In this document: positions 9,977 to 19,224 of the stretch, piece by piece
How positions within the stretch are numbered: the first letter of the stretch is position 1
Layout: each line of letters begins with the position of its first letter
NCBI GenBank assembly: GCA_036387635.1
Contig: DASVTJ010000047.1
Span: 1 to 51,748, forward strand
DNA: 51,748 nt
Origin: Duganella sp.
GTDB lineage: Bacteria; Pseudomonadota; Gammaproteobacteria; Burkholderiales; Burkholderiaceae_D
Reading direction: 5' to 3'
Translations under genes and position numbers: made by a program
Notes under the pieces: generated by a model
Seen by the model: the letters and a program-made list of their open reading frames with translations, nothing else
Databases searched by the model: none
Told to the model about the DNA's origin: nothing

Positions 9977-10735
9977 ATGCAACAAGCTACTCACACCACC
10001 GTTTCGGGCAACGCAGCAATCGCTATGCAGCCAGTTATCACGGCTGCTGGCGCATCGCCTGCGATCAGCATCATCGGCGCCCAGCAAAACGAATTGTTGC
10101 GCGCCCTGTCGCGTGAGGAGCTGGTTAGCTTGTTCGATCATCTGGAACTGGTGCCGCTGACCGCCGGTAAACACCTGTTCGACTTCGGCGACAAGATGGA
10201 ATATGCCTTTTTCCCTACCAACGCCATCGTCTCGCTGCAGTATGTGACGGAAGACGGCGGCGCGACCGAGATCGCGGTGGTTGGTCGTGAAGGCGTGGTC
10301 GGCGTATCGATGTACGAAACCGAGCGCGCCAACTGCTGCGCGGTGGTGCAGAGCGCCGGCTACGGCTACCGCATCAAGGCGGCCGTGCTGCGCGAAGCCT
10401 TCTTCAGCGGTGGCGCACTGGCGCAGCAGCTGATGCGCCATACCAGCGCGCTGTTCGCCCAATTGGCGCAAACGGTGGCCGGTGTTCGCCACGGCAGCAT
10501 CGAACAGCGCTTGTGCCGCTGGTTGCTCGAACGTCTGGACCGCTCCACCTCCAACGAATTGAAGGTGACCCAGGAGATGATCGCCAATATGCTGGGCGTG
10601 CGCCGCGAGAGCATCACCTGCTCGGCCGGCAAGCTTCAGGAAGAGGGCTTGATCGAATATCGTCGCGGCACCGTGACGGTGCTTGACCGCAGCGCCATGG
10701 AGCGTCGCGCCGGTGGTTGCTACGTACCCGCCTGA
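9977..10735 (+). CDS. Crp/Fnr-family transcriptional regulator
   Basis: cNMP-binding-like domain (EIAVVGREGVVG), EQRLCRWLL, HTH TQEMIANMLGVRRESIT; GAGG RBS. Confidence 0.92.
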   Translation: MQQATHTTVSGNAAIAMQPVITAAGASPAISIIGAQQNELLRALSREELVSLFDHLELVPLTAGKHLFDFGDKMEYAFFPTNAIVSLQYVTEDGGATEIAVVGREGVVGVSMYETERANCCAVVQSAGYGYRIKAAVLREAFFSGGALAQQLMRHTSALFAQLAQTVAGVRHGSIEQRLCRWLLERLDRSTSNELKVTQEMIANMLGVRRESITCSAGKLQEEGLIEYRRGTVTVLDRSAMERRAGGCYVPA

Positions 10736-10766
10736 CCGATCTTCAGTTCAGCGTCAACTTAATACA

Positions 10767-10787
10767 GGTACCCGCAGTTCGGGTACC
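10767..10787. terminator. Hairpin between the convergent crp-like gene and the small ORF
   Basis: GGTACCCG-CAGTT-CGGGTACC perfect 8-bp stem; no clear U-tract. Confidence 0.5.
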
Positions 10788-10816
10788 GTTCAATGCAGCG
10801 GTGGTTAATGCAGCGC

Positions 10817-11011
10817 TTAATGCAAATATCTTGGCGCATGCTGGAGTTGTTCCAGCTTCCGCTGCACCAGGCCGTACCACGCCATCGCCCATCTGGACGC
10901 CAGCATCGATTCCTCCACCGTCGGAGCGGACATGGTCCGCTGCACAGCCATCATCTGACGATGGAGCGCGCGGGCGGCGGGCGTATGTTTGGGGGTGTGT
11001 GAGGTATCCAT
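10817..11011 (-). CDS. Small hypothetical protein (64 aa), possibly leaderless
   Basis: Fills an otherwise empty gap; protein-like helical sequence (ASRWAMAWYGLVQRKL); CACAAT -10 ends 7 nt before ATG; palindromic box ~42 nt upstream; hairpin downstream. Confidence 0.55.
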   Translation of the reverse strand: MDTSHTPKHTPAARALHRQMMAVQRTMSAPTVEESMLASRWAMAWYGLVQRKLEQLQHAPRYLH

Positions 11012-11045
11012 GAGGCTTATTGTGGCCTTGTCGACACACCGCGGC

Positions 11046-11061
11046 TGTACGCTGCCTCACC
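11046..11061. promoter_or_regulatory. Putative Crp/Fnr-family box upstream of the small ORF
   Basis: TGTACGCTGCCTCACC; its reverse complement shares 12/14 nt with 9891-9904. Confidence 0.45.
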
Positions 11062-11170
11062 TAAGCGGTGCACCGCTTTTCTTCTAACCAAGTTTGTTTA
11101 TCTTCCTTTCCCCGTTTTTCCGGTGCCTATATACTGTTTTCTCATGGTAGAGGCAGCTTAACAAGGAAAA

Positions 11171-13453
11171 ATGATGGGAAAGAGGGAATATCGGTCGGTG
11201 GCCGCATTGACCGTGGGCATCATCACGGTGGCGCAAGGACAGGCGCAGACGCCGACGCAGGTGGGCGGCTCCGACCGCATCGAGCAGGTGCGGGTAACCG
11301 CGACGCGCGCGGCCAACGCGGTCGACGTGCAGCAGGTGCCGGCGGCGATCACGGTGCTGAAACCGGACAGTCTGACGAAATACGGTCTGGGTAATCTGAG
11401 CGACATCGCCAGCCTGGTGCCGGCAATGTCGGTGCAGGAGCAGGGGCCGGGCATTAACAATATCACCATGCGCGGACTGGTCGTGCGGGGCATCGTGCCC
11501 TCCGAGGTGCAGGATGCGTCGCTGGTCGCCGTGTATATCGACGATATGCCCGTGACCTTGAAGTCGTCCAATCCCGACCTGAAGGTGCTGGACCTGGAGC
11601 GCATCGAAGTGCTGCAAGGCCCGCAGGGTACCTTGTTCGGCGCCGGCGCGATGGCCGGAGCGGTGCGCCAGATCACCCAGAAGCCCGACTTGACCGACTT
11701 GTTCGGCTCCGTGGAGGCGGTCGGCTCGCATACCGGTAAATTCGGCGGCACCAATCATAATCTGCGCGGCATGGTCAACCTGCCGTTGAAAAGCGACGTG
11801 CTCGGGCTGCGCCTGACGGCATACACCGGCAACGACTTCGGTTACATCCGCAACCAATACAACGGTGACATCACCAACGCCGCATCGACCAATCAGGCCC
11901 GCGCCGCGCTGCGCCTGCGCGCGTCCCGCGATCTGGTGGTCGATGCCAGCATCACCGCCTCCAACGTCAAGGCCGGCGTCAATGACGCCTATGGCAAGCT
12001 GGCGCCTTTCACCACCTTCGCGCTGATTCCGCAAACCAGCAACGACAAACTGCAGCTGTATAACGTCGGCGTCAACTACGATTTCGGCGGCGCGCAGCTG
12101 GTGTCGTCGACGTCGTACCTGCACCGCGAGACGCTGTACGTGACGTCCGCCCAGTATCCGGCTACCGCCTTCATCTTCGGTGCACAAGACCCGTTGATGC
12201 AAGCCGCCTACACGATCGGCAACAAGGTGGCGGACTTCGCACAGGAATTGCGCGTCAACTCGAAGGGCGAAGGCCCGTTGAAATGGACCGCCGGCGCGTT
12301 CTTCGAGTCGGGCAAACGCGACACGTTGCAGGACGAGCCGACCGTCGGCTTCGACGCGCGTTTCGCCGAGAGCCGCAACTTCCCCGGTTATAACTCGCAG
12401 ACCAATGAGCTGGCGTTCAATCGGGACGACTTCTTCTCCGGCCGCCAGAACACCCGGTCGCGCCAGACCGCGCTGTTCGCCGAAGCCACCTACACCGTCT
12501 GGGACAAGCTCGATCTGACCGCCGGCGTACGCCTGTTTCGCGGCACCCAGGACTTCGACCTGCGTTTCAGCGGCTTGTTCGGCAATCTGGTCGGCGCCAC
12601 GCCTGCCGCGCCAGTGGGGCAGCCGACCATCAGCAACAGCAGCGCCACCGCGAAAGGCGCCAATCCGCGCTTCGTCGCCGCCTACCGTGTCGACCAGGAT
12701 CACACCTTGTATGCGTCCGCGGGCAAGGGTTTCCGCTACGGCGGCAACAACCAGCCGGTTCCCTTCAACTTCTGCGGCATCAACGCGCCGACGACGTTTG
12801 AGCCGGACAGCTTGTGGAATTACGAAGTCGGCTCGAAAAACACGCTGCTCGATCACCGCATGACCTTCAACGCCAGCGCCTATGTGATCGAATGGAAGGA
12901 CGTGCAGGTCTTCAACCGCCTGCCGTGCACTTACTACTTCACGCAAAACGCCGGCAAGATCCGCAGCGAAGGCGTGGAGCTGGAAGCGGCGTTCAAACTG
13001 ACGCGGCGCGCATCGGTGGCGCTGAGCGCGGCCTACAACCACGCTTACGCCACGCAGACTGTGGTGACCGGCATCCCGGCGCAGAACATACCGCAAGACA
13101 GCCGCGTGCCGTACGCGCCGCGCCTGTCGGCCACCGCCACCGCCAGCTACAGCATCCCGCTGCGGGGCGCCGACGAATTGGGCATCGCCGCCACCTATTC
13201 CTATCGTGGCGACGCCTACACCAATTTCGCGCCGGAGCAGGGCAGCTATGCGCGCATTCCGTCGTCGAACACGGTCAACGCCACGCTGACTTACCGGACC
13301 GGCGCCTATGAGGTCGGCCTGTTCGGCACCAACCTGACCAACGGCGCAAAAGTCAGCGACGTGACACCGAATACCATCGCCATCCAGCCGGGCGATCTGG
13401 TGTACATGGTGCGCCCACGTACGGTGGGGCTGCGCGTTAAAGCGAGATTCTGA
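11171..13453 (+). CDS. TonB-dependent outer-membrane receptor
   Basis: Signal peptide, TonB box EQVRVTA, LERIEVLQGPQGTLFGAGAMAG plug motif, terminal Phe. Confidence 0.93.
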   Translation: MMGKREYRSVAALTVGIITVAQGQAQTPTQVGGSDRIEQVRVTATRAANAVDVQQVPAAITVLKPDSLTKYGLGNLSDIASLVPAMSVQEQGPGINNITMRGLVVRGIVPSEVQDASLVAVYIDDMPVTLKSSNPDLKVLDLERIEVLQGPQGTLFGAGAMAGAVRQITQKPDLTDLFGSVEAVGSHTGKFGGTNHNLRGMVNLPLKSDVLGLRLTAYTGNDFGYIRNQYNGDITNAASTNQARAALRLRASRDLVVDASITASNVKAGVNDAYGKLAPFTTFALIPQTSNDKLQLYNVGVNYDFGGAQLVSSTSYLHRETLYVTSAQYPATAFIFGAQDPLMQAAYTIGNKVADFAQELRVNSKGEGPLKWTAGAFFESGKRDTLQDEPTVGFDARFAESRNFPGYNSQTNELAFNRDDFFSGRQNTRSRQTALFAEATYTVWDKLDLTAGVRLFRGTQDFDLRFSGLFGNLVGATPAAPVGQPTISNSSATAKGANPRFVAAYRVDQDHTLYASAGKGFRYGGNNQPVPFNFCGINAPTTFEPDSLWNYEVGSKNTLLDHRMTFNASAYVIEWKDVQVFNRLPCTYYFTQNAGKIRSEGVELEAAFKLTRRASVALSAAYNHAYATQTVVTGIPAQNIPQDSRVPYAPRLSATATASYSIPLRGADELGIAATYSYRGDAYTNFAPEQGSYARIPSSNTVNATLTYRTGAYEVGLFGTNLTNGAKVSDVTPNTIAIQPGDLVYMVRPRTVGLRVKARF

Positions 13454-14415
13454 TGCTCAAACAGCGGCCCTCCGACTATATCGATGCGCGCCAGCGTGCC
13501 GAGGTGGCCGCTGAACGCAACCGCACGCTGTGGTTCGGCGAGTGGCCGACGTGGGTGCTGATCGCCGTCATCCACGGCGGCTGGCTGCTGACGCTCGCAT
13601 TTTGGCGCGATCTCGGCGATGTATTGGCGACGCTGCTGATGATCTGGTGGTGCGCGTGGTACATGTCGCTACAGCACGAGCTGATACACGGCCATCCGAC
13701 GCGCTGGCCGGCGGTCAATCGCGTGTTCGGCTATCTGCCGCTGGCGGTCTGGTATCCGTATGGCTTGTACCGCGATAGCCATCTGCGTCACCACAACGAT
13801 TTCCACCTGACGATGCCCGCGCTGGATACCGAGACCAATTACTTCTCGCCTGCCGCATGGGCCGCCATGAGCAAACCGGTGCGCCTGCTGCACTGGTTTA
13901 ACAAGACTTTTTGGGGACGCGTGCTGGTGGGGCCGGCGATCGCCGTCGGCGGCGCCTGGCTTGAAGCGCTGCGCGAACCGCTGCGCGGCGACTGGCGCAA
14001 TGTGCCGATGTGGCTTTGCCACTTCGCCATGCTGGGCGCGATGCTGTGGTGGATGCACGCGGCGTTCGGCGTGGAGCCGCTGTATTATCTGCTGGCGATC
14101 TCGTATCCGGCGCAATCGCTGGCGATGGTGCGCTCGTACCACGAGCATCGTCCTGCGGCCGATCACAAGCAGCGCATCGTGCTCAATGAAGCGAACTTCG
14201 TGTGGCGCGTGCTGTTCCTGAATAATAACCTGCATCTGGTGCATCACGATTTGCCTTCGCTGCCGTGGTATCTGCTACCTCGCGTCTACAAGGCGCGGCG
14301 ACTGGCATACAACTCGCGCACCGGAGGCTTCCACATACAGGGTTATGGCCGGTTGATGCGCCGCTTCGGCTTCGGCGCGATCGACGCGCCGGTTCACCCG
14401 CACATGCCGGACTAG
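13453..14415 (+). CDS. Membrane di-iron fatty acid desaturase/hydroxylase-family protein
   Basis: His boxes HELIH, HLRHH, HLVHH; several hydrophobic segments; TGATG coupling to the receptor. Confidence 0.88.
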   Translation: MLKQRPSDYIDARQRAEVAAERNRTLWFGEWPTWVLIAVIHGGWLLTLAFWRDLGDVLATLLMIWWCAWYMSLQHELIHGHPTRWPAVNRVFGYLPLAVWYPYGLYRDSHLRHHNDFHLTMPALDTETNYFSPAAWAAMSKPVRLLHWFNKTFWGRVLVGPAIAVGGAWLEALREPLRGDWRNVPMWLCHFAMLGAMLWWMHAAFGVEPLYYLLAISYPAQSLAMVRSYHEHRPAADHKQRIVLNEANFVWRVLFLNNNLHLVHHDLPSLPWYLLPRVYKARRLAYNSRTGGFHIQGYGRLMRRFGFGAIDAPVHPHMPD

Positions 14416-14419
14416 TTCC

Positions 14420-15208
14420 ATGATCTGGAAAGCCGCCCTGCCGATGTACAACCTGTCCGACCGACTAGCGTTGGCCCATCAGGCTTTGTTGACCGCGCTC
14501 GCGGAAGAAGCGGGGCAGGCCATCGATCTGGAGTCGCCTTCGGATTTGCCGGATTTCTGGCGGCGCGAGGATGTTTTGATTAGCCAGACCTGCGGCTATC
14601 CTTATATGACCCAGTTGCGCGGACGGGTCATGCTGGTCGCCACGCCTTGCTACGATTTCGCCGGGTGTTCCGGCAGCGACTACTCGAGCGTTATCGTTGT
14701 GCGCGATGGCGGCGGGATCGACGCGTTGGCCGATGCCGCCGGCACGACCGCCGCATTCAACGATCCGCATTCCAACAGCGGTATGAATGTGCTGCGTCAT
14801 GCGGTGGCGCCGCTGGCGCGTGGTGGCCGTTTCTTCGGCGCGGTGATTCAGTCGGGAAGTCACGCGGCCAGTGTGCGCATGGTACGCGACGGCACCGCCG
14901 ATATCGCGGCGATAGACTGCGTGACTTACGGCTATCTGGCGCAGGAAAATCCTGAAGCGGTGGCGGGATTGAGGGTGCAGGGGCGTTCGGCGCCGTCACC
15001 AGGACTGCCGTTGATTGCCGGCGGTGGCGTACCGGAGGAAGTGGTGCTGCGGCTGCGCGATGCGTTGCTGAGGCCTTCGACGCGGCTGTTGGAGCGGATG
15101 CGCGCGCTGCGTATCGTCGCCTTCGAGTATCGCACCGATGCCGATTATGGCCGCATCCTCGAATTGGAAGCCGACGCCCGCGCGGCCGGATACCCGAAGC
15201 TTTCGTAG
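14420..15208 (+). CDS. PhnD/SsuA-like type II binding-protein fold without a signal peptide
   Basis: YSSVIVV, AFNDPHSNSG, SGSHAASVRMVRDGTADIAAID are PhnD-like motifs; N-terminus MIWKAALPMYN is not a signal peptide. Confidence 0.8.
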   Translation: MIWKAALPMYNLSDRLALAHQALLTALAEEAGQAIDLESPSDLPDFWRREDVLISQTCGYPYMTQLRGRVMLVATPCYDFAGCSGSDYSSVIVVRDGGGIDALADAAGTTAAFNDPHSNSGMNVLRHAVAPLARGGRFFGAVIQSGSHAASVRMVRDGTADIAAIDCVTYGYLAQENPEAVAGLRVQGRSAPSPGLPLIAGGGVPEEVVLRLRDALLRPSTRLLERMRALRIVAFEYRTDADYGRILELEADARAAGYPKLS

Positions 15209-15239
15209 GGCGGATTACGCCGTTCCGGCTAATCCGCCC
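15205..15239. repeat. GTAG-type REP palindrome
   Basis: GTAGGGCGGATTAC-GCCGTTCCG-GCTAATCCGCCC overlapping the stop codon; same family as 2569-2599. Confidence 0.75.
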
Positions 15240-15268
15240 CACATCTCACGAGTATCCGTCACAACGTA

Positions 15269-16234
15269 TCACTTCGCGCCGCGCCACAGCGGCACGGCCG
15301 TGGCATCGAGCTTGCGCGGCAGCAGGCCTTGGCCGTAGAAAGCGTCGGCGATGCGCTGCTGTTCGCCCAGCGCTTCCTTAAACACCAGCCGCACATCGTA
15401 GCTGCGGCGGCTATTGGCCAGTTCCACCGTTTTCGCATCCAGCCCCCACGACGGCGCCAGCAACTCCGACGATTCCCTCGGCGATTGCTTGACCCACTTT
15501 CCGGTTCTGCGCAACGCTTCAAAGACCACCGCCAGCACCTGCGGGTGTGCTTGCGCGTAACTGGTCGCCGCCAGGTAGTAGCGTTGGTAGTCGGCGATAT
15601 CGCGGCCGTCCGCCAATATCTTCACCGACGATTGCCGCTGGACGCCGGCCAGGTACGGGTCCCAGGTCACCCACGCGGCGACGCTTCCGCGCTCGAACGC
15701 CGCGCGCCCGTCGGCGGGCGTCAGGTAGGCCGGCTCGATATCCTTGAAGCGCAAACCCGCCTTGTCCAACGCCGCGATCAGCAGGTAATGGCTGCCGGCC
15801 GCCTTGGTCAGCGCAATCTTCTTTCCCTTCAAATCCGCCACCGTGGTGTAAGGCGCATCGGCGCGCACCACGATCGCCTGCGCCGATGGCGATGGCGCCT
15901 CCTGCGCGAAGTAGGTCAGCTGCGCGCCCGCCGCCTGCGCGAACACCGGCACCGTGTCGGCGACGTCGGCGCTGATATCGACGCCGCCGACGTTGAGCGC
16001 CTCCAGCAGCGGCAGTCCGCTGGAGAATTCGTGCCAGCTGACCTTCACGCCGAGCGGCGCCAGTTCCTGTTCCAGTTGGCCGCGTAGTTTGAGGATGGTC
16101 AGCAGCGTCGACGACTTCTGATAGCCGATGCGCAGCGTCGACGGTTTCTGTGCCAGCGCAGGCAGGCAAGCCAGCGGCAGCAAGGACGAAAGGGCAAGCA
16201 CGGACAGCACGGCACGGCGGCGCAGGGTGGACAT
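15269..16234 (-). CDS. ssuA: Aliphatic sulfonate ABC transporter substrate-binding protein (SsuA-like)
   Basis: LRIGYQKS, EFSSGLPLLEAL, GSHYLL, WVTWDPY, QQRIADAF. Confidence 0.88.
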   Translation of the reverse strand: MSTLRRRAVLSVLALSSLLPLACLPALAQKPSTLRIGYQKSSTLLTILKLRGQLEQELAPLGVKVSWHEFSSGLPLLEALNVGGVDISADVADTVPVFAQAAGAQLTYFAQEAPSPSAQAIVVRADAPYTTVADLKGKKIALTKAAGSHYLLIAALDKAGLRFKDIEPAYLTPADGRAAFERGSVAAWVTWDPYLAGVQRQSSVKILADGRDIADYQRYYLAATSYAQAHPQVLAVVFEALRRTGKWVKQSPRESSELLAPSWGLDAKTVELANSRRSYDVRLVFKEALGEQQRIADAFYGQGLLPRKLDATAVPLWRGAK

Positions 16235-16437
16235 GAGGACTCCGGAAATTGGTTATCGTCCGATTGTAGGATGCGCGCCGACAGCATCGGAACGAATGGT
16301 TTCGCGTTTGGATATAGCGGCAGCGGATAACGGCAACGTCAAAATCACATCAATAACTACCATGTGCGGGCGAACTACAAGTTCTGATTAGGGGTTAATA
16401 TGGCGTCTGTTTTTGCAAGGCTTACTTCGATACTTAC

Positions 16438-17364
16438 ATGAAAATAGATGACATCAGCGCGTTCGTGGCCGTGGTGCGCAGCCAGTCGGTCAGCGCCGCC
16501 GCCGAGACGCTGGGCCTGACCCAATCGGCCATCACGCGCCGGGTGCAAAACCTGGAGCAGGAACTGGGCGTGGAGCTGCTCGACCGCAGCGTCAAGCCGC
16601 CAAAACCCAGCTTGATGGGCAAGCAGGTGTTCGAGCAGTGCGGCAAAGTGCTGTTGGAAATGGACCGCCTGCGCGACCTGGTGCGGGTGGACCAGGCGCC
16701 GACCGGCGTGTTCCGCGTCGGCGTCATTCAGACCATCGGCGACGTGGTGCTGGTCGATACGCTGCAAAAGCTGAACCGCGCCTTCGACGGCTTGCACACC
16801 GAAGTGACGTCGGGCTGGGGTTCGCAGTTGGTCGAGCGGGTGGCGAACGGCGAAATCGATGCGGCGGTGGCGCTGTTCCCGGGGACGAAGGTGCTGCCGG
16901 ATGGGCTGCGCGGCCGCACGCTGGGCAGGGTTGAGCTGGTGATCGTCGCGCAAAAGGGAGCCATGCCCAAGCGCAGCTACAAGCTGCGGGATATTTTCAG
17001 CGCCGGCTGGGTGCTCAACCCGGACGGTTGCGGTTTCCGTGCCGGGCTGGCGCGCACACTGATGGAGCAGGGGCTGTCGTTCAAGATCAACCTGGAGACC
17101 TTCGGCACCGACCTGCAACTGGGTTTTGCCGCAAGCGGACTGGGACTGGGCTTGATGCCACGCCCGATCCTGGAGCGCAGTCGCCACCGCGCGCAGCTCG
17201 ATATCGTCAACGTGGCGGACTTCAAACCGGTGCTCGATATCTGGCTGGTGCAGCCCTTGCAGCCAGGCCCGGTGCGGCACGCGATCGATTTCTTCGCGCA
17301 AGCGGTGCAGCACGCGTTCGCCGACGCGCCGCTGAAGGCGGTTCCGAAGGCCGCCGCGCGCTAG
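16438..17364 (+). CDS. LysR-family transcriptional regulator
   Basis: N-terminal HTH AAAETLGLTQSAITRRVQNLEQELGVELLDR. Confidence 0.93.
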   Translation: MKIDDISAFVAVVRSQSVSAAAETLGLTQSAITRRVQNLEQELGVELLDRSVKPPKPSLMGKQVFEQCGKVLLEMDRLRDLVRVDQAPTGVFRVGVIQTIGDVVLVDTLQKLNRAFDGLHTEVTSGWGSQLVERVANGEIDAAVALFPGTKVLPDGLRGRTLGRVELVIVAQKGAMPKRSYKLRDIFSAGWVLNPDGCGFRAGLARTLMEQGLSFKINLETFGTDLQLGFAASGLGLGLMPRPILERSRHRAQLDIVNVADFKPVLDIWLVQPLQPGPVRHAIDFFAQAVQHAFADAPLKAVPKAAAR

Positions 17365-17492
17365 TTTTAATTATTCCTAAAAATCATATATCAATAGTCG
17401 AAACAATTAGTTTTGACATAATCATTTGCTACCTATACTAGATTTCAACGGCTCGCAAAGCCTTCGAATCATCAGCATAGGGAAGCAAAGAC

Positions 17493-18362
17493 ATGTCGGT
17501 TCCTACTCCTGCCTACGGCGGCGCCACACGATCACCAGCTGACTCCACACCCGCCGCCAGCGTCACCGCCACCGCCGCCTTTATCGCCGTCAAACGTTCC
17601 GCGTTGTTGTCGGTGCTGCGGCGCGCGGTCAGTCCCCTGGTGCTGCTGGCGCTATGGGAGCTGGCCTCGCGCACCGGCTTGCTGCCGGAGCGCGTGCTGG
17701 CGGCGCCGTCACAGATATTCGTCGCCCTGGGCGAGTTGATCGCCTCCGGCGAAATGGGCGGCAATGTGTGGGTGTCGCTGCAACGCGTCCTCACCGGCCT
17801 GTCGGTATCGCTGACGCTCGGCACCTCGCTGGCGCTGATCGCCGGCTTGTCGCGCCAGGGCGAAGTTGCGGTCGATTCGACGATGCAGATGGCCCGCACC
17901 TTGCCGTTCCTTGGCCTGGTGCCGTTGTTCATCCTGTGGTTCGGTATCGGCGAGTTCACCAAGATCGCGCTGATCGCTTTTGCCACCACGTTCCCGATGT
18001 ACCTGACGCTGTACAGCGGCATACGCGGCATCGACTCCAAGCTGGTGGAGGCCGCGCGCCTGTTTGGCCTGAGCTATCCGCAACTGATCGTGCACGTCAT
18101 CCTGCCCGGCGCCTTGCCATCGTTCCTGGTCGGCCTGCGCTACTCGCTCGGCGTCAGCTGGCTGTCGCTGGTGGCGGTGGAGCAGATCAACGCCACGGCA
18201 GGCTTGGGCTACCTGATTAACAATGCCCGCGACTTCATGCGCACCGACGTCATCGTCGTCTGCCTGCTGGTCTATAGCTTGCTGGGCCTCGCCACCGACC
18301 TGCTGGTGCGCGCCATCGAACACTATGCGCTGGCCTGGCGTCCGACCTTCATCAAGGACTGA
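17493..18362 (+). CDS. ssuC: Sulfonate-type ABC transporter permease (SsuC-like)
   Basis: LVPLFILWFGIGE, EAA motif, EQINATAGLGYL. Confidence 0.9.
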   Translation: MSVPTPAYGGATRSPADSTPAASVTATAAFIAVKRSALLSVLRRAVSPLVLLALWELASRTGLLPERVLAAPSQIFVALGELIASGEMGGNVWVSLQRVLTGLSVSLTLGTSLALIAGLSRQGEVAVDSTMQMARTLPFLGLVPLFILWFGIGEFTKIALIAFATTFPMYLTLYSGIRGIDSKLVEAARLFGLSYPQLIVHVILPGALPSFLVGLRYSLGVSWLSLVAVEQINATAGLGYLINNARDFMRTDVIVVCLLVYSLLGLATDLLVRAIEHYALAWRPTFIKD

Positions 18363-18364
18363 GC

Positions 18365-19222
18365 ATGCAAACCATCCAACTCGATCTGCCGGGCGTCAAG
18401 GCGCGCAATGATGGCGCCAACGCCTTCCGTCCCGATGCGCCGGCACTACCGCGCACGCCGGTGCAGGCACGCATGCTGAGCAAGCGCTTCGGTCCCAATG
18501 TCATCCTCGATCAACTCGATCTCGATATCCGCGCCGGCGAATTCGTCGCGCTGCTGGGGCGCAGCGGTTCCGGCAAGACCACGCTGCTGCGCGCCCTGGC
18601 CGGACTGGATCGCATCACCTCCGGCACGCTGGAGGTGCCGCAGGCCCGCGCCGCCGTGTTCCAGGAACCTCGCCTGATGCCGTGGAAGCGTGCCTGGCGC
18701 AACGTCACACTGGGACTGAAGATCGACCAGCCACGCGAACGCGCCCGCCAGGCTTTGGCCGAAGTGGGTTTGGAACACCGCGAGAACGCCTGGCCGGCGA
18801 CGCTGTCAGGCGGCGAAGCACAACGCGTGGCCCTGGCACGTGCGCTGGTGCGCGAACCGCAATTGCTGCTGCTCGACGAGCCGTTCGCGGCACTCGACGC
18901 GCTGACGCGTATCCGCATGCATCAGCTGATCCTGTCGCTGTGGCGCCAGCACCGGCCGGCGGTGCTACTGGTCACCCACGACGTCGACGAGGCAGTGCTG
19001 CTGGCCGACCGCGTGCTGGTGCTGGAGCAGGGCCGCATCGTCGCCGATATCGCGATCGGCCAGCCGCGCCCGCGCAGTGCCGAGCGGCCCGAGTTCCAGA
19101 GAATCCGCGCCCAACTGCTGCAATTGCTCGGCGTCGAAACCGAGGTGTCGCCCGTGATAGCGGAGCCGGAAGTACCGACGCCCGTCCTCACGCCGTTCAA
19201 CTTCAGTAATTTCTCGATTTGA
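18365..19222 (+). CDS. ssuB: Sulfonate-type ABC transporter ATPase (SsuB-like) with an extended C-terminal tail
   Basis: GRSGSGKT, FQEPRLMPW, LSGGEAQR, LLLDEPFAALDALTR. Confidence 0.92.
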   Translation: MQTIQLDLPGVKARNDGANAFRPDAPALPRTPVQARMLSKRFGPNVILDQLDLDIRAGEFVALLGRSGSGKTTLLRALAGLDRITSGTLEVPQARAAVFQEPRLMPWKRAWRNVTLGLKIDQPRERARQALAEVGLEHRENAWPATLSGGEAQRVALARALVREPQLLLLDEPFAALDALTRIRMHQLILSLWRQHRPAVLLVTHDVDEAVLLADRVLVLEQGRIVADIAIGQPRPRSAERPEFQRIRAQLLQLLGVETEVSPVIAEPEVPTPVLTPFNFSNFSI

Positions 19223-19224
19223 CC

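Noticed and set aside
17365-17492. AT-rich promoter region of the sulfur operon as a CysB/Cbl/SsuR site
   Set aside because: Plausible, but LysR boxes are too degenerate to call by eye.
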